DNA of 64,000 nucleotides from Botryllus schlosseri. Its lineage: Eukaryota. Position numbers and translations under genes: made by a program. Below, piece after piece: positions 21,963 through 35,600 of this stretch (its first letter is position 1; every line of letters begins with the position of its first letter). The notes under the pieces were generated by a model. The model saw only the letters and a program-made list of their open reading frames with translations, made no database searches and was not told the origin of the DNA. The stretch covers positions 23,250,001 to 23,314,000 of the forward strand of contig CM119379.1 of assembly GCA_051294905.1 (NCBI GenBank). The letters run 5' to 3'.

Positions 21963-23640
21963 GAATAGAGCCGTATTATCTGAAATATCACATATTATGT
22001 ATAGTCTCGATAATGAAGCATTCCACTGAAAAACAAAGGTATGGAATTGGAGGATGCATTTTGGCATCATTTGTCTGGTCCTGCCTGCAAGCGATCAAAA
22101 GGTTTCAATCCAACTCACAACCCAAATTAAGTTTGACATCCCTTAAGTTCCGTCTTTCAATCTAACAGCCACCTCGGCCTATTAGTATTTGTAGTGTTGT
22201 TGCCAGATGTTGATCTTTCATCTTTCTTTCTTTTTTTACGCTTTGCTCGCTCTTACCATTCTCTTCCTTGTATTCATTCTTCATTAGGTCTCTCTCTCAT
22301 CTTCTTTATACAGATGGTGTAAGAAGAGCGATGCAGTGGAGGAGGTGTAGCAGTTCCTAGTAGAGATGGTGGCAGGTAAATGCCCTGCCTCTTGTTTGCT
22401 TGGTAAGTGTTGCACTCATGCACACGAGGAAAACGAAGGAAGCTGACTGTTCTCCCTATGAATGCCAAATATTGATACTTTTACAACTTATGCAACCTCG
22501 AATTGTAACATGTTGAATCCACACCATGCTAAAAGCAGCAGGTATAATAATCCAAAGATTACAAAACCGTAAATACATTGCATGCTGAGCCTAAGGCCAA
22601 TACGATAAGAAATTTAAATTTGTGTTTATTATGCGTTGAACCCTTTTGTGGTTGACTGCCTGGGGGTATGTATTTTGATACTTTAGGAGTTACAATTATG
22701 TTTCTCTGGGGAAGTATGAGCACTGCTTTGGAAGGATTATAATATATCTCTAGCATCTTGTCACATATGTAAGGAGGTACGAATGTCAAGCCTATATTCC
22801 CCTGCATAGATGAAGTGGATAAATATTATAAGACTTCATTTATATCCGTGCTTGGCCATTTGAAAAACGTCACTTTCATATTATGGTAACAAAAATAGGA
22901 GATGTCCACACTCAGATAGAAATCTGATAAGGAAGATTAGAAATATAATAAATTGAGTTGTTTGGTTATCAAAAGATAGAAGCTTGTTACTTCAGTGATC
23001 ATAGTCTAGATGAGGTGTTGACTTTTCTGCAATTGTGCAGTAACCTGTGATATAATCAGAATGTGGCAGTCTAATCAGTACAGTTATGCCACTCTAGTCA
23101 AATTGCTATATAGTGAGTAATGCTAACTGAACTAAGGGGCTATGGATGATGCATCTCAAATACTCAATAGTACCTAAATTTAATAACTTGTGACATTTCA
23201 ATTCCCATTTCCATCTCTGATGAAGATGTTAGGAGTGCAATGAATAGTCTATACCTCTAAACTCATTTTCATAATTATAAGAGTCAATCGATAATATTTA
23301 TTTTATACAATTATGCATCACATTTTTAAAATCTAGTATTTGGGATTTGAAAACTATTTAGGAAAGTAAATGATTGATATGACCGAGTGCTTGAAAAATG
23401 TAATAGTACTTTCCTAATGGTTGAAAGATGAAGAACGTTTAAGAGATGTGAATTTCTGCATTACTTGTTCACTGGCCATTTCAGATTGCATCCTTGTTTA
23501 TCGCACTTCTAACAAATAATGGACAACTTCCTAAATTTTCATTGTTTTGTCACATTCACATGAGAAGCTGTTTTATAGACTACATTATTAATTTGTGCCA
23601 TATAAAACTTGGTTGCTAACCACACTCCTTTGACATGATT

Positions 23641-23670
23641 TATAAAATGCAATCATATTTTTCTGTCAGT
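23641..23670 (+). promoter_or_regulatory. TATA box plus initiator of protease copy B
   Basis: TATAAAA at 23641 and TCAGT initiator at 23666-23670 (TATA about 27 nt upstream of the Inr A); the signal-peptide ATG is at 23684. Confidence 0.65.
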
Positions 23671-23683
23671 AGTTCCTGCAAAG

Positions 23684-26600
23684 ATGCTATTACGACTCAC
23701 TCTACCAGTACACTTTGAGATCCTGTTACTTTGCCAGTGGGTATATTCTCAAGGTTGGTATGTTAGGAGAAAATATTTAGGATTAGAGAATTCTCTATGG
23801 CTATGATTTACTTATAATAGCTGTGAATTATGTATAGTTGAAGTCATAATTACAAATGCTTCACTTACAAATAATTGACATATACTTTAATCGAAACTTT
23901 GTGAACCTATAATCAGAGGTGGTCAAAGTAGTCAAGAAAGCTACTCAAGTAGAAGTAGAAGTAGCGACGAAAAAATCTACTCAAGTACGAGTAGAAGTAC
24001 TTCCTCCATAAGCCACCTAAAAATACTCGAAGTAGAATTGACTGACTTTAAATCTACTCAAGTAAGTAAGTAGTTTTGAAAACAGTCTTGATAGAGGCAT
24101 TACTACACTTGCTTTTATACTTAAACATGTATCTTCTGCGGACAAAAGACCTAATTAGAACCCAAAGTATGATACTCCGAATATCACACTAGGAATTGAA
24201 AGTGAAAAAACAAACACCACTTCTAAAAGGCGGAAAATATATTGCATGTCTTTTGTCCTTAAAACTTCAAAGGTGATCTGCTAAAACGTTGCAAAAAGCC
24301 GGATTTTCCAGATTAGCAGGACACTTTACGGGCTGCTAGATAACGATAGGATATGAAATTGCTAGATTGCAAAACGGTGGTTTCGAACGTTATGGTGGGC
24401 CATGTTAACTGTGATGAAATATTTGATATGGGCGACAATGCGGTGTGAGCGGAACCATAGGCAATTCGGTACCTAAATTATATTCACTGATACTTTCGTG
24501 AAAACATATTTGTCATTCCATAACTACTGTGCGCAAAGCGCAACAAAATTTCTGGGCTTCACTTGACTTTTATGAATATTAAATGTCGGTACTCCGTGAA
24601 AACAGCCCCGAAATTCCTCAAGCTATCCTTCGTATTGGGGATTAAACTACTTCTACTTGACAAACTGAAAATAGCGAAAAGTAAGTAAGTAGATCACAAA
24701 ATATTACGAAGTAGAAGTAGAAGTAGAGAAAATCAGATCTACTTGAGTAAGTACCAGAAGTAGAGCAAAACTACTTGAGTACTTCCAAAAAGTAGAAGTA
24801 CTTCGTTACTGACCACCTCTGCCTATAATTGAAACATTTCGTTCAGACTGTATTGACAAAGCATCCAATTGCGCACTTCGAAAGCAATTAGGTCTATGTG
24901 CAAGAACACCTTTGTGGGAGAACTGTTTAAAAACTTGTGAACGATGTCCAAGTGCTGGTAAGTATTAAACGCTGATTACAAGTAGTGGGTCCTTTCAGTA
25001 AAATAATACTGAGGACTCTATATAAACATCCTCATATGGCAGTGCCTAAAGACTTGGGTTAGGAACAATTATCCTAGTAATCGACTCAATTATCAATTCT
25101 AAGGATTCGAGATGAGTAGTGAGAGATCATTTTTTTGAGTACTGGAATTAGAAGTTCCTTTCCACCGCACGTTAGTGAAATGACATTCCATGAAGCCGTA
25201 ATCATGATCATCCGCAAAGTGCAATGAAAAGGGTTTGGTCAAAAAAATTCCCACTTATCTTGGTTGTGATGTAGAAGTGACATTATATTCTTTGTGGTCG
25301 CATAAAAAGTAGGCTACATATTTGAGCTTCTCACACCAATCACACTGTTGTGACATCATAATGACTTATACTCGAATAGGCTACTCGACTGGAAGTGCAA
25401 TACTTAATTCAGAATTGAATCGCAATGGTACTCGATTTTTCACAACTCTACAAAAGACAAAAATGAAATCCACAAATTTCCGTGCTGTCAACTTTTCTAT
25501 TTAGCAGCATGCGTCAAGTTCCTGTATCGTAAAGCCAGATGTCGTCAAAGTAGTGAGCATTTCATGTAGAAGTGGTGATTTCCAGGATAAAACTAAACTA
25601 TTTCAGGTAGAAGTAGGATTTTGGAAGACTCAAAGTATTCAAATAGCTTCAAAACGTAGATTTGGGGAGGTGTCACATTCTTTTAGTGGTAGATCTCAGG
25701 TGGCATGAACATAGGCCTGATGTGTATAATTATTTTCAGGAAATTTTTAACAGCTTTATCGTTAAATCTGATGACGTAGTCTGAGAGAGTATCAAGCATA
25801 TACACAATAATGTTGGCAAAATTGATTCATTGACTTTAAAAATATTTCCGCTTTGCCTTGCAAGAAGAGAGGGGCACACAATATTTTTTATAATATGAAT
25901 ACTCTTAATTTCGATGGGTATAGTGAGCCAATAGAAATGATGAGATAAGTATTGCATTCATCATTAGCGATATGGGTTGTTGGGGAATTACATTATAATT
26001 TGCGAGGAAAAGAGTGCATACTGCATATCAATTACCAGCATAGGAAAGAGAGGCTGGGGGCGAAGTCATCCAATGGAGTGCCCAAGACCATCGTTTTCTC
26101 GGCAGGATGTGAATTTGAATCGTTTGAAAGCGTGAGATAGAGGGACTTTATTTTCATTCAACCGAAATAAAAAACAAACAGACGGCAACAATGATTGATA
26201 CAACCTTGGAGGTCAACTAGTCGATCACACCTGTGTCTAATAGGTACATTGTCTCTACATCCGGAGTTCCCAAACTTTTTTTAGTCGCAACCCCAAATTT
26301 CGATTTCAAAATGTTGCTCGACCCCACCTCTCAATTTTACATTCTGGATACTACCCTTGTGCAAAGCTGGCGACCATGTGCGCAGTAATGGAAATTATCA
26401 AAATTAAGAAGTTCATTAAGGACTATAGAAACGTATATAGGTCTTTTGGAATGATTGCGATCTATATCCAATCAAAGTATTATTCATGTACTGCTATACG
26501 TGAAATACTACGTCACATGAAGTAATGATACCAATCTATAAGTTATTCTGCCGCACCATGCGTGTGTGTATGTATTATATCTTTAACACATAACACAATC

Positions 26601-29600
26601 GTTAACTTGTAGTTTTCTTGGAAGGAGAAATTACCATCTTATTAATTTTTATTATGCTCCCGACACATTGTTCTTCATAGTGATGCCAAGACACCAACCT
26701 CAAGTTATAGCAAGTGGCGCTTTCAAATGACGTCATTGGTATTTAATTTTTGTCTCCCGACCCTAGAGAATAGGCAAACAAACCCTAGTTTGGGAACCCC
26801 TGCTCCACACAATCTGGTGATTCACCATATCGGAGTTGTATAGTCCAAAACATACCTAAACACAGCACTGCTGGTTGCAAAGAAGAAGATTCGCCCTTAA
26901 TATTGATACCTCATGAACCAATGAGTTGTTTTGTGTGCATTTGTGTTGATTTTCAAAGAAATCGTAAGCCATTCAAAAAATTGTAAGCAAATTTTTTTTA
27001 AGTTTGGGAACTACAGTGCTGTAACTAGGTCACAAGTCAATCCCAATTTATAGTTTTCACTCGAGTCAACCAGTCATTTTCAATTCATCACCGAGTCAGG
27101 TCCAAGTCGCGGAGCAGAGGGTCGAGTCTGATTCATAGCGTGGTGACTCAAATCCGAGTCCAAGTCATGGTGATCAATGCTCAGTTTCGAGCTCAGTCAT
27201 GTTCAATCCATTTTTTATATCACTGCTTGGCTGATATCGAATACCTCGCATTCAAAGTATACTATTTTTCCTCAATCCTGACAGTTTCTGGCTCTTTTTT
27301 TCAACTACCAGTACTGATAGACGAAATACCAATAATGTGTTAACTTGACTACTGTCCAAAGTTGCGATGCCTGTCTTAGACGTCCGAGTCTCGAGTCAAA
27401 TCAAGTAATTTTTGTATTTTAAAATAATGACACGAGTCAAGTCGAGTCACCAAAAAATTGCGACTCGAGTCATTTCAACCCTGGAAAACCACTGAGATGC
27501 GCTTCTTGATATGAGAACCAATGCCCACGCAGTCTTGCTTCAGTTAGGCTTAGGATATTGTGTTACGTTGAGCATAACACCATGTTAACCTATTTGCTTC
27601 ATTTGACCGTTTATGATTTACAATGAGCAGACAATGGGCCGTCTAAAACGACAGGCCTAAAAAGTAGGTTACAAGCGATAAAATGTCAAATGATAAGTTC
27701 ACCGACTATGCAAACATCCACAATGCAAACGAAATGCAGATAGCGAGAAAATTTAGACTTCGTAAACAATTTTAACAATTATTTGACCCAACGCTACAAT
27801 TTTGACAAAATTTTGACATGTTAAAAAACATTGCCCCAGTGATCACATGATGATTGAATATAAAACCTCTAATTTTAGGTTGCGCTGATTTGTGGACTGA
27901 TTGCTCACAGAGAAAAGTATACAATCAATGTCCATCTTTACAAATTGTATGCCGGAAAACTTGTGGATATTGTGCAACAAGTGCTGTTACAAGCACTGGT
28001 ACGTATTTTCTGTTATCTCGGCTCACGCAGAGGTTGTCAACTAGCAGACGATGCTAATATAGCAGATACATTCAGGTAGTATCCAGGTATACCAGTAGAA
28101 TAATTTGCTTCTTAGGTAGGCTAAAAATACTTCCAGTATTCGTAACCTGGTTTTCCATGCAACTCATAACAGCATGCAAATTACAGTCGTATTACTGTAA
28201 TACTATATCCTGTGATTGAGATACTACTAGCTGTAAACAGGGATCGAGACTCCGGGTTTGATAAGTAGTCTAGATATCAATGACTGTTAATTCTCATAAC
28301 TACCCGCTACAATATCAAATGGTAGCACTGGGAATAAATTGAAATAGCCTACAAGTATTGTCGTAGAATAATAGTCGAGCAAGAAGTATTGTAGCAAGTA
28401 GAGGAATGAAATTGATTGATTGGACAATGAAGTTGACGCATTTTTAACCTCAGATCAGTTATACTGCATATTTCAGATAATTAGTCAGTCATTTCATGAT
28501 AAAATGTGGCTACTGACAGCAAATGCACCAGATATGTTGGCTGTTGGAACTGGACAGCCTCTTCTCTGAAGGGTTTAGGTAATTCACTCACTATAAATTA
28601 TAGTTAGTTTTGCAAATTTAAAGAATTGTGATTTTGATTGTAACCTTTTTTAGGTTGCAGGGATGTGCAAGCCGATTGCCTGATAAAGAAGCAGTTCAAC
28701 CAATGTCCTAATTTGCTGGGTAATTGCGACAAGACATGCGGGTTTTGCACAGGTAAGTTGGTTTTTCGCTCACTGCGGCTATTTTGCATGTATTATTGTA
28801 TGATTGCAAACCATCTGTTACTGTGTAATATGTTCATTTCCTGATAAAACACTATTTGCATATCTCAATCATTCATAAAAATGTTCATCAATGAGAATAA
28901 CCGCGTGATATCACAGCGAAAATGGGACTGTCATTCATAATAGCGAAAAATTATTGATTCCTAAAGTAACAATTAAATTTGACAAAAGTAGATTATGTTA
29001 GGCTGAATAGATTTTTCGGCACTTCTTCGATGGCAGTCAGAGATCGAAAAGTGTTCACCATGATCACCAATGAAAGTTTTCCATGAACACGATCAAAAAT
29101 TTATAAACGTCAAAATATATTGTTTTTGCGTTTGGAAAGGGTTAGGGTCAAAGTTGGGTTTAGGGGGGATATTAGGGTTGCGGGAGGGGGATATTAGGGT
29201 TGTGAGAGGGGGGATATCAGGGTTGGGGTTAGGGGGATATTAGGGTTGCGGGAGGGGGGTATTAGGGTTGTGGGAGGGGGATATTAGGGTTGGGGTTAGG
29301 GGATATTAGGGTTACGGGAGGGGCGATATTAGGGTTGGGGGAGGGGGAAATTAGGTTTGGGATTAGGGAGATATTGGGGTTGCGGGAGGGAGGATATTAG
29401 GGTTAGGGTAGGGGATATTAGGGTTAGGGAAGGGGGATATTAGGGTTGGGGAGGGGGGATATTAGGGTTAGGGAAGAGGGAGATTGGAGGTGGGGTAGGG
29501 TATCCCAAGATTAGGGTTATGGAGATATTAGGGTTGGGGTTGGGGGAAAGGGGGGTTGGAGGTGGGTTAGGTTCAAAGTTGGGGTTAGATTACCCCTAAC

Positions 29601-32600
29601 CGGAGGTTTAACTCACCTCCAATCTCCCTTTCCCCAACCCTAATATCCCCTCTCCCACAGCCCTAATATACCCCTTTCCCCAACCCTAATCTTTGGATAC
29701 CCTACCCCAACTTTGACCCTAACCCACCTCCAATCCCCTAACCCCAACCCTAATATCCCCTAACTCCCAGCCCTAATACCCCGCCTCTCCCAACCCTAAT
29801 CTGGGATACCCTAACCCCAACTTTGACCCTAAGCCACTTTCAATCTCCCTTTCCCCCCACCCCAACCCTAATATCCGTCTCTCCAAAGGCACAAAAAAAC
29901 AATTTATTTTGACGTTTATAAATTTTTGTTCGTGTTCATGGAAAACATTCATTGGCGGTCATGGTGAACACTTTTCGATCTCTGACTGCCATCGAAGAAG
30001 TGCCCATTTTTCTATACTAAATATTGTGATTTCTTAGATGGAAAGCCAACCGCCAAGTGGAGTCAATGGTCAACGTTTGGTGAATGTTCAAAGAAATGTG
30101 GTGGTGGCTTACAAACCAGGACCAGGACGTGTTCTGTCGAAGGAGGCTGCCCTGGAATATCATCCAACTCGAGAAAATGCAACCAAAAAGCTTGTTCTGG
30201 AAAAAGTATGTCCAATGGCCATGGAACCTCGGTCACCTTAGAAGCATGATTAAAATTAAAAAACAAATTCCTGTAAATTTACTGTCATATCCCCCAAATG
30301 CTGATATAATATCAAATCTATTATGTACATTGTATAACTGTGAAGCAATGCACCAGTAAACAGAGTTAGACAGCTAAATAATTTTTAGATTTTCAAAATC
30401 AGATTAGAATTAGAATTACTGAAATCACATAAACTTTGAAATTGAATTTAATTCTGAATTACAAAGAAAGACAACAATAATCAAGTTCAGGTCATATCAA
30501 ATCAGATTTCATCTTCGTAAGCTGGAGAAACGCAAATATCTGCACTCCAAGCTTCGCTCGTTTCGCGCTATACAGTTTACCTGTAGCATGTTCGGGAAAA
30601 CCAGAAATTAAATTAGAATCAAAATTAGAGCATTGACGAATTTCACAAATTAGATTACAATCAGATTACTGGTATTTCGCTCAAATCAGTCCAAGTAGGC
30701 AATTAGAACTTTTTAGTTGTTCAATTCTGCCAGTAAATAGAACATTGATGAGTATTAAATATCTAAATACTGAAACACCGCACTCTGTCAAGGCTACTCG
30801 TCATGGACAAAATATGGAAAATGTTCCGTTACCTGTGGACGTGGAACGCAGTCAAGGACAAGAACATGCCTCAAAGGGTCGTGTAAACTACGGCTGAGCC
30901 AAAAAAAGTATTGCAGTGCACGTAAATGTCCGGTTGAAGGTAAAACAATGCTTTGGACTCCTTCATATTATCTACGATACTGCTTTCGACTTTACGACGG
31001 CCCACAGTAAGTGAAAGTATATTCATTGGAGAATCAGAAATATTTTTATAGAGCGTCTTACTTTCCATAACCTCTTTCAGATGAAGTTTTCAACATTTGA
31101 TGATGTCATTTATTGCAGTATTAACAACACAAATGCGATCTGCCAGTAATTGTTTACAGTTAACAGGTTGCAGTCATTGGCACGTATGGAATTGTCTTCC
31201 AAGGCAATTCCAATGAAATCATTTTGCTGCTCTAGACTTGATATGTATATTTGCTGGCACAAATCACTGTGGAAAAATCCATTTCCCTCAATTAAACAGA
31301 TTTTACTTTATCATTATTTTCATCATTTCAAAACATTGTAAGATTGTATTGAGTTATACTACAATGCCACAGTCGGATGGCTTTAATGTGGCCTATCCAT
31401 GCTCGACATTTGCTGTCTTGCGGGATTGTTTGATGGAAGTAATCCCTACTAAAAATTTCAACATTTGTTAAAAATATGCTGTATAATAAAAGCATTTTTC
31501 AAACTACTCAGAATGCCTTCGCAGGCCGGATAAAATCGTATGGCGGGCCGGATGCGACCCGCAGACCGTACGTTTGGCACCCCTGAAGAATTCTGGCAAA
31601 TAGTATACCAATTTATGTTAATTTGCAAAATCATATAGGCTATTTAATAGCGTATGATTGCACACTGCATCTCGTACTCCATACTTAGGTGTTTAGTACC
31701 ACCAAGAGGTCCGTAGACCCCTGTTTAAGAACCACTAGAATGGAGCGAGACAGTACAACTTAGCATAGATGAGAATCTGAAGTCAAAACACTTTCTATCA
31801 CAGTTTCAATGACATACATACCGTCGGGAACCTATTTGTTGTTGTTTTGCTAGACACCAAACTAGGCAGATGGGGCAAGTGGGGCAAATATCAACCTTGC
31901 TCAAAATCATGTGGAGGAGGAACAACCATACGCACCAGAACTTGCTCCAAACCTGGAGCTTGCAAAGGCCCTGATAAACAGTCAAAGCGATGTAGAACAA
32001 ATCGTTGCAAAGGTATGTTGCTGGGACACTTTCTCTTATCACCTTATATTGTTAAAATTACAAAAAGTCCTCAATCATTGTAAATTTTCAAGAAATTCCA
32101 CTCACTCATAAGTTTGCTTGAGGCAAATTTATTGTTCCCCATGCGATGATAATAATATCACATATATATCCGGATCAGTGCCTTTCCAGTGTTTACTCAA
32201 TCTAAATGTATGATTGATTGTGGAATATGACACAGAGATTTCGCATTGCTCACATGTGGTCTGCTCCGATCAATTCTGTTGCAGTAGGTCAAATGACTAG
32301 CTAAAGTGTGCACTAAGCCGTATTACTCTGCTCCAATCAATTCTGCTGCAGTAGGTCAAAAGACAAGCTAAAGTGTGCACTAAGCCGTATTACAAGAAGT
32401 GGCTGGTCATGTGGAAGAATACTATTTTATTTTAGGTGCCACAGTGGGTAAATGGAACAATTGGAGTGAATACAAAGCTTGTACCAAATCATGTGGCGGC
32501 GGTACTTCTACACGGCATCGTACTTGCTCAAAACCTGGAAAATGTGAGGGCATTTTTAAACAGTCGAAGCCTTGTGGAACAAATCCTTGTGAAAGTACTG

Positions 32601-35600
32601 TTAATGAGTCTTTGATGTTCATAGCTATGCTATAATTCCCCTCATAATATTTGTACTGATCAATATGTCAAGGTGATTCTTGCTAGTGTTAGTAAAAATT
32701 GCAGTTGTAAACAGATTGACTAGAGTTTCATCCCAAGTTGAAAAATAAATATATAGCCTTAATCGTTAAAACGTGAAACAAGGCACTTGAAAGAACACAA
32801 TCGAACACTGTTACATCGATCATTATGCCAAAGTGGATGATAATTTCAGAGACCGTACTTGGTCGTTTCCACATCCCCCTGTCTGTCCATTACATCTCAT
32901 TGTGTCTTTTTTGTTGCATTGCATACCGTGTGTGTCTTGAGCGGATGAAAATAATAAAACCGCTGATTGCGATTGCAACATTCCAAGAGCGCAATAGCTT
33001 TGTGCAATGGAACCAATTATATTCTGAATTAAAACTTGCAACAACAGCAAAAATGTTTGAAAAGCTTCTTGGAGGTACAGAACTTCAATATACAATTGAA
33101 TAATGTATTCATATTGAAATAAACCCGAATATTTTCGACTGACACTCGTCAGAGGTAAGCAAGTAGTACATAATTGAAAAGGTCAATGTATATCAACAAT
33201 TGTATCACCAAATACGACGTCATCGGCATGAAATTTTGAATAATCGAGGCGACGAGATCAAATACGTTTGAATAGACCTTCTAGGTAAATGGAATAAGTG
33301 GACAACATGGAGCTCGTGCAGCAAAAAATGTGGAGGTGGCAAACAAGAAAGAACGAGACCATGCCAACGAAAAGGAAAATGCACGGGCGAAACTAAGCAG
33401 TCTCGGGTTTGCAACACTAAACCATGCCCGTCGTCATGTGAGTACAGAACAAGTTTACAAATTGTTAATGGTAATATAATAGATTGTCGAAAAAAACATA
33501 CGCACTTCGCTTTCAGTGTGGCTGCTATGGGAAAACTGGGGAGGTTGCAGTAAGCCGTGCGGGCCAGGCTTTAGAACGAGGATAAGAATCTGTTCGGTTT
33601 TTGGAGGATGTTCCGGTCAATCTGTTCAAACGAGCAGGTGCCAGCTCAGGACCTGTTCTACAGGTGAGTTCAAATTGTGCAAAGTTGCCTTTTGTCAGGA
33701 ATGATGTTTGCTCTGTTGCGGGGGCTCCCAACATTTTTTATGGTCGCAAACCCAAATTTCGATTTTAAAATGTTCCGCGAACGAACTCTCAATTTTGCAT
33801 GCTGATTACTAAAAATTTTGGTCAGCATTTTCGCCTAAATCCACTCACAGCCTATGTGAGAAGCTGGCAACACATGCGCAGTAATAAAAATTATGCAATC
33901 ATGAACTCGTCAACCTTCGTCAATCAAGACTATAGCTATGTGTATAGGTGTTTTGGAACGATTTCTATCCATCCCCCATCGAAGTAATGAAGTACTGCTA
34001 TGTGAAATTCTATATCACACGTAATACAGAGTGAGATAGCAGTCAATAAGTTATTTGGCCGCGCCGAGCGTGTGAGTATGTATGTATTATACTGTCTACT
34101 CCAGTGTTTCTCAACCTTGTCGCCAGCACCCCCCAAGGGGCAATTTGGATTTTGAAGGGGTGGAAATGATGAGGGGGGGCTGGGATCAGGGGGGGCGCTG
34201 AAGAAAAATGGTGTCGCGGTTGAGGTTGCAGTAGGGATTTATGATTATATAGTTAAACAACAGTTCTATATATTCCTGAGTTCTCATTGCAAATTAACAT
34301 TCGACAAAATCTCTCAAATCTCAAAATTTTCCGTCGGGCTATACGCGCGAAATATTTGCCTACAATGTTTGCAACATGATTCCATGAATGCAGTGGTCGT
34401 TCTTCTGGATCGCCCATTTCCCGTAAAATTACTTCCTGCCCGCTAGCCCAGGTTATTTTCCACAAAATGTTTCGGACTAGGTAGTTTATCCCGCAGCGCA
34501 CAGCGTGTCGAAATTGAAGAAAGAGTTACTGCACCACTTTTAAGAGTGAAAGCCCTTCGTACATTAAAGACGCTTTGAAGTTTTTGATCAAAATAATGAC
34601 CTTAATTTATATGCATTTGAGAGTTACAAAATTAAATCATCATAATATTTCTTCATCGTATCATAAAGAATGATACTGTTTAGTGCTGTGACCATAACCT
34701 CGCATGAATGGTATATATATTATATGGATTGCTATGTTTGGAATGCATTTATGTTTTAGTTAATAACTGGGTGCAGTGCTAAATTCAAGATGAGCGAGCA
34801 GAGATCTCCACCATATCCTCAGTTCATTTACTATAATCATACAAAGCAATAAAATAAAACCCAATAGAATTAACTTCCCCATATTGGCAATTCCAGATGT
34901 GAATTCGGGATGTATACATCAGGCTCGAACCAGATGGTATATGAGCCTTTATTTGATGGTTGTTGTAATAACCTTGATTCGATCCCCAATATAGCACATA
35001 CAATTATTATAACGGTATTTAGTCGAGTGGTCCTCGCTCGCGATTCAAGCGCTAAATACTTCCAGTAGTAAAGTCCCAACCTGAAAAGGCCGACCGGACT
35101 TAGACCTCTTACCTATTGTATTTTCAAGAACCCATTGTTTAACGCATAGCATGACCGTGCGGTCACTTGGAGTTTTCGCGGAAGGATAGATTGATAGACC
35201 ATACTAGGTCATTTTTACATCCTACATAACATCGCATTGTGTGTTGTGTATAGCATTGTTCGTTATGTGTGTCTTGGGCATATGAAAATAATAAAACCAT
35301 GTATTATTTTCTTACGTTGAGACTAAAAATTCTGGTAAATTACTAGCCCTCTGGTTGCAGAAATTTCGTACTCACCATGCTCAAGGACGTGTGGTGACGG
35401 AATTCAGAAAAAACTCGAAAGCTCGGGAGAATACAGTACTCGCCATTGTAAATTGAAGAGCTGTCCGCATGGTAATGTTTGCGCATTTGTATCGATTCCT
35501 GATGCTAATAATCAGTATACGTGAACTCCTTTGCAACCGAAAAGTGTTTTGTCCGCACAATCAAGAAAAGAGGTACAAGAATCCTCATAACTCGTGCTGT

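Noticed and set aside
22216-22375. Strong pyrimidine tract, AG acceptor and GT donor suggesting an exon
   Set aside because: Stops in all three frames and no partner exons; at most non-coding or transposon-derived.
29137-29884. TTAGGG-rich tract as a telomere or chromosome-fusion site
   Set aside because: The units are 20-25 nt rather than pure hexamers and are enclosed by TIRs and a TSD, with an empty paralogous site.
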